Assembly (NCBI GenBank): GCA_965153355.1
Contig: OZ231126.1
Location: forward strand, 23,808,001 to 23,872,000
Reading direction: 5' to 3'
DNA length: 64,000 bases
DNA from: Flaccisagitta enflata
Lineage: Eukaryota
In this document: positions 39,828 to 57,624 of the stretch, in pieces
How positions within the stretch are numbered: the stretch's first letter is position 1
Layout: the number at the start of each line of letters is the position of its first letter
Notes under the pieces: model-generated
Told to the model about the DNA's origin: nothing
The model's database searches: none
Seen by the model: only the letters and a program-made list of their open reading frames with translations
Made by a program: the position numbers and the translations under genes

Positions 39828-42406
39828 TAGGTAATTATAGGTATTACCAGGTAGATGTAGTAAAAGAGGGGTGATTTAGGGTCTTAGAGGGATGATTCAG
39901 GTTTCTTAGACCTGATTTCCGCCAAACAAGGTCAACAAACCTTAGTTCCATGGTATCTAGGGCAATAAAGATAATAAAGGTACTAAAAAGTGGCTATATT
40001 TTCCTACAATTACTTATTACCTGCATCTTCCTGTTCAATACCTATAAATACCTTTTAATTACTACGTAGTAAGAATTACCCATAATAACCTATGATTACA
40101 TGATTATCTATAATGACCTAGAATTACCTCAAATAACCTAATGACCTTTATTCCCCTTTTGAATACCTAAAATCACCTTTCAATGCCTAAATATGACCAA
40201 AGAACCTGTATTTTGATTTGGTCACCAACTGACTGACCAATAGACTGACAGACTGACACAGCAAGTTCGAGTGTTGCATTTATTCAACTAAAAACACTGG
40301 ATTAGGGCCTGAGAAGCCTTATGAGGACGTACAGACAGATATACAGATGGATGGACATACAGACAAACAGAAGGATATATATATGGAAATTCACTCCTGT
40401 GTCCTACAGGGCATCAGCCCTTTTAGACTGTTGCCCATGTCCTGCTTTTGGGCAACTTAAATCCTCCCTTACACCTCAAATCCTTACACCTTAAATCAGT
40501 CTACTCAGTCCAAAATCAGGCCTTCCAGACAAAATTTTTGCTCTGTTAGGCTTCATATCAGCCTTTCTAGATCTCCAATCATCATTTTTCTTAGGTTAGC
40601 GATAGATTAGATCTAGTCAGAGGAAAATCCCCAATTAAGGACCAGTGGATGAACTGAAAATGGGTTTTTAGGCCAAAAAGTTGAAACAATAGTCATTTTA
40701 AGCCATTTTTATGGAGGGTTTAGACTATGAGAGCCTAAATATCGGCCTCAGTGTGAGCTAGATAGCTAAAAATTGGCATGTAGAGTTGTTAATATCACAC
40801 AATTCATCATGTCAAATTTCATCTCCAAGGCTACTAAGGTTCAGAAGTAATGGTACTTTTTCTATTTTTATTGTTTTTTTTCCAAAGGTAATGGTAAATT
40901 TTTAAAAATTCATAACTCTGTTTTGATAAGGGTTTAATAGCTCAGATTTGACATGGAATTAGGTGTTAACAATGCTTATCACCATGTCAAATTTTGTGGC
41001 AATCGGCCAAATCGTTTGGCCTAGGCATAGCCCTTGTCAAAATTTTGCATTTTTTGGAACAGTGGGTACCTAGACTTTAAATGACAATATCACCGCTTCT
41101 ATTTGAGTTTTAAGGCTCAAATTTTGTGGGCAACTCAAAAAATATCATATTATTCATCATGTAAAATTTCAGGTTGGTGGCATTTGTCGTTGAGGAGAAA
41201 AAATCATTTTTTTGTAGTTTTTGATTTTTTCTCAAAAAAATATGCTTAACTTTGAACATTCATATCTCCGCTTCTATATGAGCTGAGAGGCTAAGATTCA
41301 ACATGCAAGTCGGTTTTTATCATACATTTGACCATGCAAAATCTTGTGGCATGAAGTTGAACCATTTAGCCTAGGGAAAGCCCTTTTCAAAATTTTGGCA
41401 TTTTTTTGAAAAAAGGTACCTAGACTTCAAAATTCAATAACGCCGCTTCTACTCAACCAATTAAGCTGAAATTTGGTATGTAACTAAAGAGATATCATAT
41501 ATTTCACCATGTAAAATTTTGTTGAGCCAACCTGAACGGTTTACCCGTTATGACGTTTTGAAGTGAAAAAATGGCCTAAAAAGCAATATTTAGAAGGGGT
41601 GCTAAAAATTTTTTGAAAAACTGATGGTTTGGCTGTCTTCAGCATGAAAAAATAGTCCCGTATGCAAATTTCTAGAGCTTGCTGAAAATTTTTGCACGCC
41701 ATCCTTGATTTTGGCGCTAAGATCCCCGACTACTAGCAGAAAGTTTCACTCGCAGTGGAGCATCCCAAGAGCGCACCAGCTTTTATGGCATCTTATGGCT
41801 TACAACTCGCAGTCCAGAGAGATCGTAGTTATTTCTATCAATCCTATGTGCACAATTTCATATTCCCGTCCGAGTAAAAACGGAGCTGAGGAGGACAGCT
41901 AAAAGAGTTTGCAAAGAAAAACATGAGAACAACTTAGAAAGGCCTCTACTGTTACTTTAGAATATATTGATTAAGAGTAGCAAGCAGTTAACAAAAAAAG
42001 AGCCTGGTTTGGTGCAGAGGTAGACCTATGATGGCGATTCTTAACTTAGATCTGAGTATCGACGTGTGTGTTCAAACTTCTTAAATCAAGACTTCTTCCT
42101 CTACCAAAATTCATCCCACCACGACATCCCAGCTAGCGCTACCCTACTTCTGTCTTTCCATCGCATTGCCTCCTTCTCCATTGAAAAAAAAGTAACTTGT
42201 GATGTATGACTAAAAAAAGGAAAGAAGAAAAAAAAAATGGAAGAATGTTAACCTTTGACCCCGACTGACGGTAATTGGGGTCAAAGAAGCATCCGAGGAA
42301 ATTGGAGTCACCTTCGACCAACAAGTCCAAGTTTAGGGGTCATAGATCGTCAACCGCCCGTTTCCCGTTGTCGTTGTTGTTGTTGTTGTTGTTGTTGTCG
42401 TTGTCG

Positions 42407-42437
<31 letters not shown>

Positions 42438-42451
42438 GGTTGTGGTTGTGG

Positions 42452-42505
<54 letters not shown>

Positions 42506-42515
42506 ATGTTGTTGA

Positions 42516-42563
<48 letters not shown>

Positions 42564-42958
42564 CATTAATTTGTTGTTACTGCGGTAATGTCGTTATTGA
42601 TGTCGTTGTTGTTGTTGGTGTTGTTGTTTTTGTTGTTTTTGTTGTTGTTGTTGTTGTTGTTTTGTTGTTGTTGTTATTGCCGTTTTTGTCGTTGTTTTTT
42701 TCGCAGTCGTCGTTGTTGTAGTTGTTACTGTTGTTGTAAGCTCGTCCAGGTACAATGTTTAATATTTTCATATCCAGGCCGAGCAACACTCCAAGTAGGT
42801 AAGCTAACAATTTGTAGTGGAGTACAAGAATGATCCTCTTTTCCTCGTCTTTCTTTCCTGATACTCGTCTGTCTGATTGCAATCGCAGATGACATGTCCC
42901 AATAAATGTCGGCTAGACATAAAGGTTGCTTCCGTTTCCCCCCTCTTCATCCGGTTGG

Positions 42959-43051
<93 letters not shown>

Positions 43052-44350
43052 GCTGCTGGCCTCTCAAATCAAACCGATTGATCTTTGCCTGAAACTAATT
43101 TGCGTTTTACTTTCAGCGTCTCATCACGTGATTACTCACTCAATCTCACTTTCTCTCTCTCTTTCCTCTTTCTGACTCAGTGATGAGAAAAACGAGACTG
43201 GTTACGAGGGCAAGACGGTACGCCACGCCACGCCACGCCACGCCACGCCACGCCACGCCACACCACGTTTTGTTCGATTTTAGCGCTACTGACCAACAGC
43301 AAGACGAACCGAGCGAGATATATACAAGCGAGTAGGCGCATATATAAACAACTCTTACGTAAATACGTAGAAAAACAAAAGACGCACCGACCGACGAAGC
43401 AACCATGGTGATTTTGGTCGGTTTGATTACCTCTTTTGCTTTGGGTCTCTCAAACCAACATTGTTTTGACACACGTAGAAATGATGAAAGCTACTTCACA
43501 ATTGAGCACGTCTTATCTGGCCACACAAAGTAAACAAAATCTACCTATCTCCCAACTGACAATTTACAACACAGATCAAAAACAATTATGGAAGCACCGG
43601 ATATTGCATGAATTATTTCAGTCTGTAAAAGCTTAAAACAACTCTCACGATGGAGAGCACAGTACAGAATATCAAAAACGAATAACCGGTGATTGCGTTG
43701 TCAATTCGTCAATGAGTAAAAGGTTATTAACCCGTCGGTCAGTCCGTCGGTAACTTTTTTCTCAAAATGTGAGCTTTATTTACTCTACCGCCCCTGCCCA
43801 GGTGCCCACCCATCTGTGACTGGGGGTCCGGGTATACGGCCCTGTTTTCAACGTGAGTACGAGTTCTCACCATTATTGCGCCAACAACGACTTGGATTTC
43901 GTAATTCCAGACAAAAGTTTCGGTTGGGGCGGGAACGGAGAATTCGATCAACCGAAATCATTTCCGTCTCACAGTCTTCCTCCTCTTCCTCTTCTTCCTT
44001 TTCTTCCTCCTCTTCCTTCTTCCTTCTTCCATTGCCCATTGCCCCGCCTCCTCTTCCCATATTACCCCCCCCCTCTTCGTACCTCCTCCATCTTCTCCTC
44101 CTCTTCACCCTCCTTCGCCTTTGTTTTCGACCCATAAAATTCATAATTTATTGGACGGGCGGAGATGGCGGTCGAGGCGGCTTTGGCGGCTCGAGTCGGG
44201 TTCGAGGTCTCACCGACCAAAACCGACCAAAGGCCGACTAAAGGCGACCTAAGGCTCGCTACCATTCTCTTCCTTGGGTGCGGCCCTTGCGCGGCCTTCG
44301 GGACCTTTTGGTAGGATGGAGGAAAAACTCCTCTCGCGCAATACAGTGAG

Positions 44351-44551
<201 letters not shown>

Positions 44552-45385
44552 ATTCATCGTCAACGTGACGCGATCAAATTCCGGACCCGCATTCAGTCAC
44601 TCAAGCACACGTACTGGTGGCAAAAACGAGACGTAAACGGTAAAGTCGCCTCCCTTCTGGACCACTCCCCCCCCCCCACACCGACTCCCCTCCTCTCAGC
44701 CCACCGTTCTCTGATACTACTGAGACGCGACCTCACGTCTCAATAACTTGAGTAGGAGGCTTCGTCTGTCCATCCATCCATGGTCCGTCTATAACTGTTG
44801 AGATGAAAACGATCTAAATCCATAGTATTTTGGTTAGTACTTAGTACTATGATCGCATCACCCGCGTTTATAATGAGGTACTTAAAAATCATATGATCTG
44901 AGAAGTGAGAACATTGCAATAGAAAATCATTTCAAGCTCACACGGACCTAAAGTGCCCTTTACTGCCCTAAACTGACTTGAATTGACCTAAAATGACCGA
45001 AATTGACTTAAATGAATTGAAATGACTTAAACGACTTAAATGACTTAACATGACTTTGAATAACCTAAATTGACTCAAATTGATCTGAAATTACTAAAAT
45101 GATTAAAATAAATCAAATTACTCTCATTACTTGAATTGACCTAAAATGACTTAAAATAGTTTTAACCTAAAATGACTTTATTGACATGAAATGACTTGAT
45201 AGGAATAAACAAATAAAAATGTAAAATGTGACGGACGGACGGAAGGACAAAGCGGGGCGAAGACTCGCATAGCACACGACTAAAAATCATTGAAGGTATA
45301 TTTTTTGAATTTGTATTAGCTAGCACTAATATCGCGTCAGACCGGTATTTGAGTGGGACAACAGGCCGTAGTCGCATCGCATCGT

Positions 45386-45489
<104 letters not shown>

Positions 45490-45536
45490 GTGTCTGTGAA
45501 TGTTTGCGTGTTCTTTCTCTCTCCTCTGTCTGTCTA

Positions 45537-45583
<47 letters not shown>

Positions 45584-45595
45584 TTCTCTTTCTCT

Positions 45596-45706
<111 letters not shown>

Positions 45707-45944
45707 TTCCTCCAAAAGAGAATCTCGTGCACCCGTCCGTCTGTCGGTCTCTTTTGAGTCTGGCCGGAAATGGCACACGTGGTAGGAGTCACGTAATCGC
45801 TCCCGAGGCCGCACGAGGCCAACGATCATTTTCCAAGGGGCAGGGACCAAACGTAATTCCTCCCTGCTCAATGGCGGTAGACAGAGAGACAGAGAGAGAG
45901 AGAGAGACCCACAGAGTGTAGGTGTTCACATCAAGAGAGTTCAC

Positions 45945-46038
<94 letters not shown>

Positions 46039-46360
46039 ATGAACAGATGAATGAATGGACGCATAAACGAATGAATGACAGAATGAAAGTGAGGGGTAAT
46101 ACGAGAGGGGACGAGAGATGGCAGGAATGAAGAAAAACGTCGGCATTCACGGTTTTGCGTCCTTAAACGTTTGCGTGATCGATCAACCAACCGACGGATA
46201 TGGCCCCCGTGCAAATGTGCGTGGACGCACGTGAACAGTATCCCCCTTTGCGAAAGAGGGGCCGAATGCACGGCCGCTCAAGTCGCGTGGGCAAGTGCAT
46301 CAATTTTGAACAAGGCCGGATACAGGGGGCCAAGGCGGTGCGCCGGGCATTATTGTTTTT

Positions 46361-46605
46361 TAGACCTATCCCGTGCTCCATCAGACCTATCCCTAGCTTT
46401 ATCAGACCTATCCCTAGCTCTATCAGACCTATCCCGAGCTCTATCAGGCCTATCCCGAGGTCTATCAGACCTATCCCATGCTCTATCGGACCTATCCCGG
46501 GTTCTATCAGACCTATCACCAGCTCTATCAGACCTATCCCCAGACCTGTCCAACCTATCACAAGACCTACGTATCTGACCTATCCCCAGCTCTATCAGAC
46601 CTGAC
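46361..46605. repeat. 21-bp minisatellite (ctctatcagacctatcccnag)n within a Helentron-like copy
   Basis: Direct observation; follows an aacaaggccggatac end. Confidence 0.85.
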
Positions 46606-47426
46606 CGTAGCTGATTACTTTAATGAATGAAATGACGAGTATGTATCATCAATGATGAACGAAGTGATTTTTCAATTGAATTCAAACATTTTTAGCGATT
46701 TTTCATTCAAGCATGACCAACAGATGGACGGATGGACGGACAGAGCCTCTTATAGAGGTGCTATGGCGCAACTAAAAATCATCCTTGCATACTATTTCTT
46801 TTCGAAATTTTCAACTCGAGCGTGACCAAGCAACCGACCAACCAACCAACTGACCGACCGATCAACAGACAGAGCCTCTTATCAATACGTGCGCCTCACT
46901 GAATAAGAAATGTGAATGAACGTTTTGGATAAAAAAGAATGAGTGAGCGAATGAGTGAGCGAATGAGTGAGCGAATGAGTGAGCGAATGAGTGAGCGAAT
47001 GAGTGAGCGAATGAATGATTGAATGAATGAGTGTTACCTGGATCTATTATTGGGGATTGATCGTTCAAACCATGGGTTTGAGTTACTGGTTATCATGAAA
47101 GAAGCGGCGTTATCGAAAGTTTAATTGATATTTTGTTTCATTTTGTATTGTTGTTCGTGATATTTTCTTCGCGATATATGTGTTATTGAAAGTATTGTTC
47201 TACATAGGAGTTACTCGCTGTTCCCAATACTTTTATGTCTTTTTCTCCCTCTCTTGCAGAGTGGGCGACTGAATAAAAATTAATGTGGGAAGGCATCAGA
47301 AATGAAGGGAATGAAGAAAAACGACAGAATAGATCTTTTAGGCAGTTTTAGTAAACGCACGACCGACCGACCGACCAACCGACAGTCGGAACCCACCAAC
47401 GGTTGGAAAGACACGACCTAGTAGTA

Positions 47427-47914
47427 CACGTACTTGGCTGAGTAACAACGGGTTATTTTTTTCTGAGGCTCAATGTTGTTATTTGAAAGAAGATATGAGG
47501 CTCAAACCGTTGCTAAACTGTTGTTATTTTTTTTCATTATTCTTTTAATATAACTATCGATTAGAATGTCTGTACCATCATTCCTTTTGCTGCTTTCTCT
47601 GGAATAACAGGGATCTAGAAAAGGAATGAATTAAAGGAGAACAACCGTTCAAAATCAGGAACAAAATATTGTTATAACTAAAAAACAGTAGAAAAAGCTA
47701 CTCTTCTATGAAACCGCTGCATGTTCCAATTGAATGCAAAGGAAATTATAGCAAATCTAAGAGAAAAGTTGTTATTGGTTGGATTTGAGGCTGAAATGTT
47801 GTTATATTTTTAATTTTCTGAGGCTGACGATGTTGCTAGAAATGTTCTTATTTTTTTTGACATTTTGAGCCTCAACGTTGTTATAAAGAAGGTTGTTACT
47901 CAGCCAAGTGCGTG
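47427..47914. mobile_element. MITE with CAC termini (TSD length ambiguous: TA, TAGTA or TAGTAGTA)
   Basis: TIR cacgtacttggctgagtaacaac / gttgttactcagccaagtgcgtg. Confidence 0.75.
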
Positions 47915-48890
47915 TAGTAGTAATTTCGCGAGAAGCCGTGAAGCCGAAGCTAAGAAGCCGAGGACGCACCTAAAAAGTAAAAACTTACCTTATCAAGCAT
48001 TTAGGGCAAAATACTAAAAAATTTCATTGTTGCCAACCAACTGACTTGCGCACTGACCGGCCAGCAGACCGGCAGATATAGCGGGTAATAGAGTCGCGTG
48101 TTAGCAGCTTAGGTTGGTCGGTACAGACGGACGGGCAAAGAAATCGGATCCGCTGCACCAACCTAGATTTGATGTGCTTTTGTTTTCCATCAATGCAAAG
48201 GAGGAACTCTTACGGTGAAGCTTTCTTCTTGAAAACAAAATGACAACACTCTGTTTCGACTAACGTAATCGCGTAAATGAGATGACGGCTTCCGTATCAC
48301 TCAACTGCTTTGACCTACGCACGCGCTTGTTATTGAGTGTCTGAATCTCTCCCTTATCGAGTACTAATTGCCCCGGGCCCTAGTAAAGAAGGCCAAGTAG
48401 GGCAACGCATTGTCGAACGAATGCGTGACAAACAGACAAACCGTCAAACTGAAAAACGGATTGACAGACAGACGGAACCTCTCAAAGACGTTTGAGTAAT
48501 GCAATTGTTTGTGTTGATTTTTAGTCGCATGCACGCGACTCTACACCCCGCTTTGTCCGTCCGTCCATCCGTCGGTCTGTCGGCCCGTCACACTTTTACT
48601 TTTTTTTTATCAAGTTTATTTCTCTAAGTCATTTAAAGTCATTAAGGAGTATACTGAGTCATTCTAAGTCAATCTAAGTCATTCTAAGTCTATCTGTAAA
48701 TCTCGCACGCGGTGTGGGCCTTGTTTTTCCAGAAATCAGGTCATCATATGTTAAAACGATGATTTCTTTCATGTCTTGACTATTTTCCTCCTGACCGAAT
48801 CGCCGAAAACGTCCATACTGAGCAAGCCGATCCAACGAAGCAGACGTGAGGTCGAATACACTATTTAGTCGCGTGCACGCGAATCTACAA

Positions 48891-51749
<2,859 letters not shown>

Positions 51750-52014
51750 ATCTACAACCCACTCCGTCGGTCGGTCGGTCGGTTGGTCCGTCGGTCCGTG
51801 CGTCGGTAACACTTTGCTTTTTTTGCGTTGTTTTTGGTCATTTTGGGTCGTCTGGAGTTTTTTGGTTTTAGGTTTTTTGATTTTAGGTTTCTTGATTTTA
51901 GGTTTTTTGGTTTTTTGTTTTTTTTTGGTTTTCTGTTTTTTTGGGACATTGCAGGTTATTTTTGGTCATTTAACATGGTTTTTTGGTATGTTTTGGTCAT
52001 TTATGTTTTTTTTG

Positions 52015-52760
52015 GTCTGCTGGTTTAAGTCTGCTGGTTTAAGTCTGCTGGTTAGAGTCTGCTGGTTTAGGTCTGCTGGTTTAAGTCTGCTTGTTTAAGT
52101 CTGCTGGTTTAAGTCTACTGGTTTAAGTCTGCTGGTTTAAGTCTGCTAGTTTTAGTCTGCTGGTTTTAGTCTGCTGGTTAAAGTCTGCTGGTTAATGTCT
52201 GCTGGTTTAAGTCTGCTTGTTTAGGTCTGCTGGTTTAAGTCTGCTGGTTTAAATCTGCTGGTTTAAGTCTGCTGGTTCAAGTCTGCTGGTTTAAGTCTGC
52301 TGGTTTAAGTCTGCTGGTTAAGTCTGCTGGTTAAGTCTGCTGGTTTAAGTCTGCTGGTTTAAGTCTGCTGGTTTAAGTCTGCTGGTTTAAGTCTGCTGGT
52401 TTAAGTCTGCTGGTTTAAGTCTGCTGGTTAGAGTCTGCTGGTTTAGGTCTGCTGGTTTAAGTCTGCTGGTTTAAGTCTGCTGGTTTAAGTCTACTGGTTT
52501 AAGTCTGCTGGTTTAAGTCTGCTGGTTTTAGTCTGCTGGTTTTAGTCTGCTGGTTAAAGTCTGCTGGTTAAAGTCTGCTGGTTAATGTCTGCTGGTTTAA
52601 GTCTGCTTGTTTAGGTCTGCTGGTTAAGTCTGCTGGTTAAGTCTGCTGGTTTGAGTCTGCTGGTTTAAGTCTGCTGGTTTAAGTCTGCTGGTTTAAGTCT
52701 GCTGGTTAAGGTCTGCTGGTTAACGTCTGCCGGTTAAAGTCTGGTTTAAGTCTGGTTTAG
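52015..52760. repeat. 14-bp minisatellite (gtttaagtctgctg)n
   Basis: About 50 units inside the host element 48864-53050. Confidence 0.95.
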
Positions 52761-53164
52761 TCATTTTTAATTGATTGGGTTGATAGAGTTGATTGATTTG
52801 ACTCAATTACAAAAGTCACCACTTTTTCCAGTGGTTCCGGCCTGTAATTGGGTGGGTTTCCACGGCCTCCAATACTTCATTAAGCTGATTGATTCTTCAA
52901 TTCATTCAAGTCAATCTAGTCAACTAAATCATTTTATTCATTTCTTATATTTCTCCCTGTTCAGTCATGTTGATTAAAAAGATACAATAAGGAGTCAGGT
53001 CAATTCAGTTTTTTATGTCTCGCACGCGACTTATAGGTGTTAGCCTTGTTAGATGCGTCCTCGCATCTCTACAAGAGGGTGTGTCCCCCGGTCGGAATGT
53101 CTGAAAGTCTGTCCGTAACGCGAAAATTTTGATACGCGATTCTCAAGGTTTTCTCTTCTTTTCT

Positions 53165-53845
53165 CTTCATGTCTCTTCATGTCTCTTTTATTTCTTATGT
53201 CTCTTTCATCTCTTTCGTCTCTTTTGTCTCTTTTGTCTCTTTTATCTCCTACATGTTTCTTATGTCTCCTATATGTCTCTTATATCTCTTATGTCTCTTA
53301 TTTCTCTTATGTATCTTAGGTCTCTTATGTCTCTTATGTCTCTTTTGTCTCTTTTGTCTCCTATATGTCTCTTATGTCTCTTATGTCTTTTATGTCTCCT
53401 ATATGTCTCTTATGTCTCCTATATCTCTTATGTCTCATATATCTCTTATATCTCTTATATCTCTTATGTCTCTCATGTCTCTTATGTCTCTTATGTCTCT
53501 TATGTCTCTTATGTCTCTTCATGTCTCTCTATGTCTCTTAAGTCTCCTCATGTTTCCTCATGTCTCTTCATGTCTCTCGAAGTCCCTTCATGTCTCTGTG
53601 AGGATGAGGCGAGGGGAGGGGTGGGGGGGGGGGTAGGGAGGCGTGGAGGTGAGGGGTGCGGGGAGGCGTGGGGGGCGGGGGGTTGGGAGGCATGGGGGGT
53701 TGGGAGGTGTTGGGGGAGGGGTGGTGGGGAGGCCTAGGGGGAGGGGTGGTGGGGAGGCCTAGGGGGAGGGGTGGGGAGGCGTGGGGGAAGGGGTCGGGAG
53801 GCGTGGGGGAAGGGGTTGGGAGGCGTGGGGGGGGGGGTTAAGGGA
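53165..53845. repeat. 9-bp (tgtctctta)n array followed by a G-rich (ggggaggcgtggggg..)n array inside a family-C element
   Basis: Direct observation. Confidence 0.85.
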
Positions 53846-54774
53846 GGAATCAGTTTATATTTTCGCTTTATCTCTGCATCTTTATATTTTCATATCATCA
53901 TATCTTCATATCTTTATATCTTAATGATTTATATCATAATATCTTACATCTAAAGAGGACGCATCTGTTGGACATCTCTTGGCCTTGGTTTCTTATAAGA
54001 AAGTCATTTTTTGGGCAAGCCTTCAATGTCTTTAGATTTGGGGTGGTTTCAAGGTTTAGATGTTTGTATGAATTTCCCCATATTTCCAAGTCTAGACAAC
54101 ATCTACTGTAGCTCATTCTATGAAAATGGCGCAAATCGTCTTGTTGGCGTGGCAGCTGCGTCACGTGCTGTCACGCCAGCTCTCGACTCAAGTGTCTTTA
54201 TCCAGACTTGGATTTTGCTCTAGTCTGAGGTGATTTTTACTTCCACTATCTAACTCCAAGGCCTCTACCGTGATCACGCCTGAAAACTCAGTCAATTAAC
54301 GTTGCATCAATTGATGACCGCTTTAGTTTTCGAAGTTTTCGGTGTTTTAGATGGAGTATAAAGAACGCCGAAAAAGCAAAATTAGACCAACCGAGGCGCT
54401 GGGAAGGCATCAATGAGTGTCGCGTCAGAAAACTCACATTGGAACGCACACTGTGACAAAAAAAATAATAAATAAACAAACATCAACTTAGAAGTTAGAT
54501 ATGCCGACCACTGTACCAATTGACGCAGATGTCAACGCTATTTGAAAAAAAAAAAACTGGCCCGCGACGATATTGTGAGTTTATGACCCTGTGTTGCTTA
54601 TTGTTTTGATTTTCTTTCATTTTGCGACGTCCGCACGAGGAAACATTGACACGAATTGGCAAATGTACACTCATTCTGACACAAGAATAGGAATGAGAAT
54701 GGAAAGGTGTGACAAGAGTGGGGACTGGAAGAGAAAAGCGTCGATTGGGTCCATGGGGTTCATCTTGACATCGG

Positions 54775-54861
<87 letters not shown>

Positions 54862-54973
54862 TTGTCGTTGTTGTTATTGTTATTGTTATTTGTTTTTTTT
54901 TATGTTGATATTGATGTTGATGTTGTTGTGGTTGTGGTTGTGGTTGTGGTTGTGGTTGTGGTTGTGGTTGTGG

Positions 54974-55024
<51 letters not shown>

Positions 55025-55079
55025 TTGCTTTTGCTGTTGTCATTGTTGTTGTTGTTGTCGCTAGTTATCATCATCAATT

Positions 55080-55166
<87 letters not shown>

Positions 55167-55705
55167 GTCGTTTTCATCATCAACATCAAACGGTTGGACT
55201 CGTAAATCAAAAAATTCAAAATATATGTAGATGAGCGCTTCGCAAGCTGACGTCGGAACGCGTCGAATGAGATTGAGCGGAAGCGGTCGCGGAAGCGCGA
55301 GAAAAAAACGAACAAAACCTGCGAGGGGAAGCGGAAAGAAGATAAAGCTCCGCGCGAAAATAAAACTAAATCAAAGTTTACGAGCAGCAAATGAATTTCC
55401 CGTGCCGAATGTACGTCTCAGAACCTCTGTGTATCTATCCTTCTCTCTGTCTTTATCTGTCCATGCCTTTACCTATCTCCATTGTCGATGTCTGTCCGTT
55501 TGTCTTTACGAATCCCTTTACGTGTACGCCCGTCTCTGTCCCTGCTTACAGATTAGCCTCGACTTGCATTTAGTCCATGTATCAGTCCGTCTCTTTGTGG
55601 CTCTGTCTCTGTCTCTGTCGCTCCTTAACTTTGTCGCTGTCTCTGTCTGTCTGATTGGTCTTGTCTCTGACTGGCTCTCGTCTCTGGCTGGCTCTCGTCT
55701 TTGGC

Positions 55706-55736
<31 letters not shown>

Positions 55737-56020
55737 TCCCTCTCTCTGTCTCTGCCTTCCTCCGGGTCTCCGAGGCTGTTTTAACTTTAACGATAATGAC
55801 TTTTTTAGCTTTCGCTGGAAAGTGATTAAATGAATGGCTGAGATTAGGTGCTCTTGAATGCAAAGAGTCGGCTCACAGCCGAAGAAAAGGGAGGAGAAGG
55901 AAAGAGGAAAAAGAGAGGAGAGAAGCAGGAAAGAAAGAAAAAAAAAAGGAGAAGAAAGGAAAAAAAATAGGAATGACGCAAAGAAATGGAGAGGAAATGG
56001 AAACGGAAAATACAAAATGA

Positions 56021-56224
<204 letters not shown>

Positions 56225-56304
56225 CACGCACTCACGTGCACGCACGCACGCACGTGCACACACACACACGCACACACACACAAACACACACACACACACA
56301 CACG

Positions 56305-56404
<100 letters not shown>

Positions 56405-57150
56405 CACGTTACGTCAGGATCTCTAACTGTAGACGTGTACGTACTTGTACGTGTAGACGTGTACGTATTACGTAATACGCGTTGACGTTTATTAAACGCA
56501 CGAATAAATTCAAAGGGGCTTAAGAGCGACAGCATTTTGGTCATTCGATGTTATACTGTCATATTCATAGTCTTATATGCCTAGACAGAGAACTTTTCCA
56601 ATTTCCAGCATACAGAAAGAGGCGTCGCTTTAGAAGGACGAACGCCACAAAGAAATAAAAATCGCGGACATCAATCCTATTCTCTCCAAAATTTGTTATT
56701 TAATCCGCGTCCGGTAAAATCAATAGCGCCGCACCGACTCTAAATTTCGTCAGAGCTTTACTATTACATCTTCTCGCTCGTAGATCTCAAAGTTACCCTT
56801 CCAAATCTCAGATAATCCTCTACTCAGTCCTGTATGGCGCAGATCGAGATCTATCGTTTTAGGAGCATTTCGCGGAAAGTGAACTTATTTAAATGGGGTC
56901 TACGTATTTCATACATGTCCCATTTGTTTCTTAAAATGCAGAGATATCCCCTCTCAGACTCAGACTTGGTATTGATTTTCCATCATCCATGTCATGTAAA
57001 ATTTTCATAATTTCAGTTCCTAATAATTTCTATATTGCATACCTGATGCAAATATTTTTAATATTAATAAAGACAGCTACATATTTCCACTATGTCCCAC
57101 ATGAGTTCACTTATCGCGAAATTCACCTCTGCAAGACATTGTCTCCTTTG

Positions 57151-57624
57151 CACAGCGCAATCTGTAGTGATATTATTCCCCGGGGGAAAAGCCCTAATAT
57201 CCCCGGTAGAAAATAATTAACAGTCTGAAATCCCCGGTTATTTGGGGACTAAACAGGGGATGTCCCTCAGGGATATCCCTGATTCAGTTAAGTTTTTTTT
57301 CATTAACAAATTTTTCATAGTAAACTAGAATTCAGTTAGTTTCATGAAGGAATCCTACTAGGAAATACCTAGGGAAATCCCCCGGGGAATTCCCTGTTGA
57401 AACCTGATTTTTTACTTTTACATAAAAAATTGATTGAGCATAACCTAACTCAACAGGGGACATCCCCGGGGGACCCCCTTTATATTCCCTTTAACATTTT
57501 TTTGACAAACTTAAAGAGGGATATAACTGGGGATTTCCAGACTTAAACTATTTTTTTACCAGGGATATTGGGGCTTTTCCCAAGGGGAATAATGTCATGG
57601 TTTTCTACTATAGATTGCGCTGTG
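57151..57624. mobile_element. Transib-like palindromic MITE
   Basis: CACAGCG...CGCTGTG termini, perfect 5-bp TSD ctttg, long imperfect arms. Confidence 0.8.

Larger units (their letters stand above)
33902..41732. mobile_element. 7.8-kb non-autonomous DNA transposon with ~1-kb TIRs (Academ-like)
   Basis: 33902-34934 is the reverse complement of 40689-41732. Termini TAGTCGGGG...CCCCGACTA; 3-bp direct repeat CTA on both flanks. No transposase ORF inside. Confidence 0.7.

Noticed and set aside
54591-54908. Signal-peptide-like ORF MLLIVLIFFHFATSARG
   Set aside because: Starts at GTG with an in-frame stop just upstream. The hydrophobic part comes from the T-rich end of a repeat and it runs into (GTT)n.
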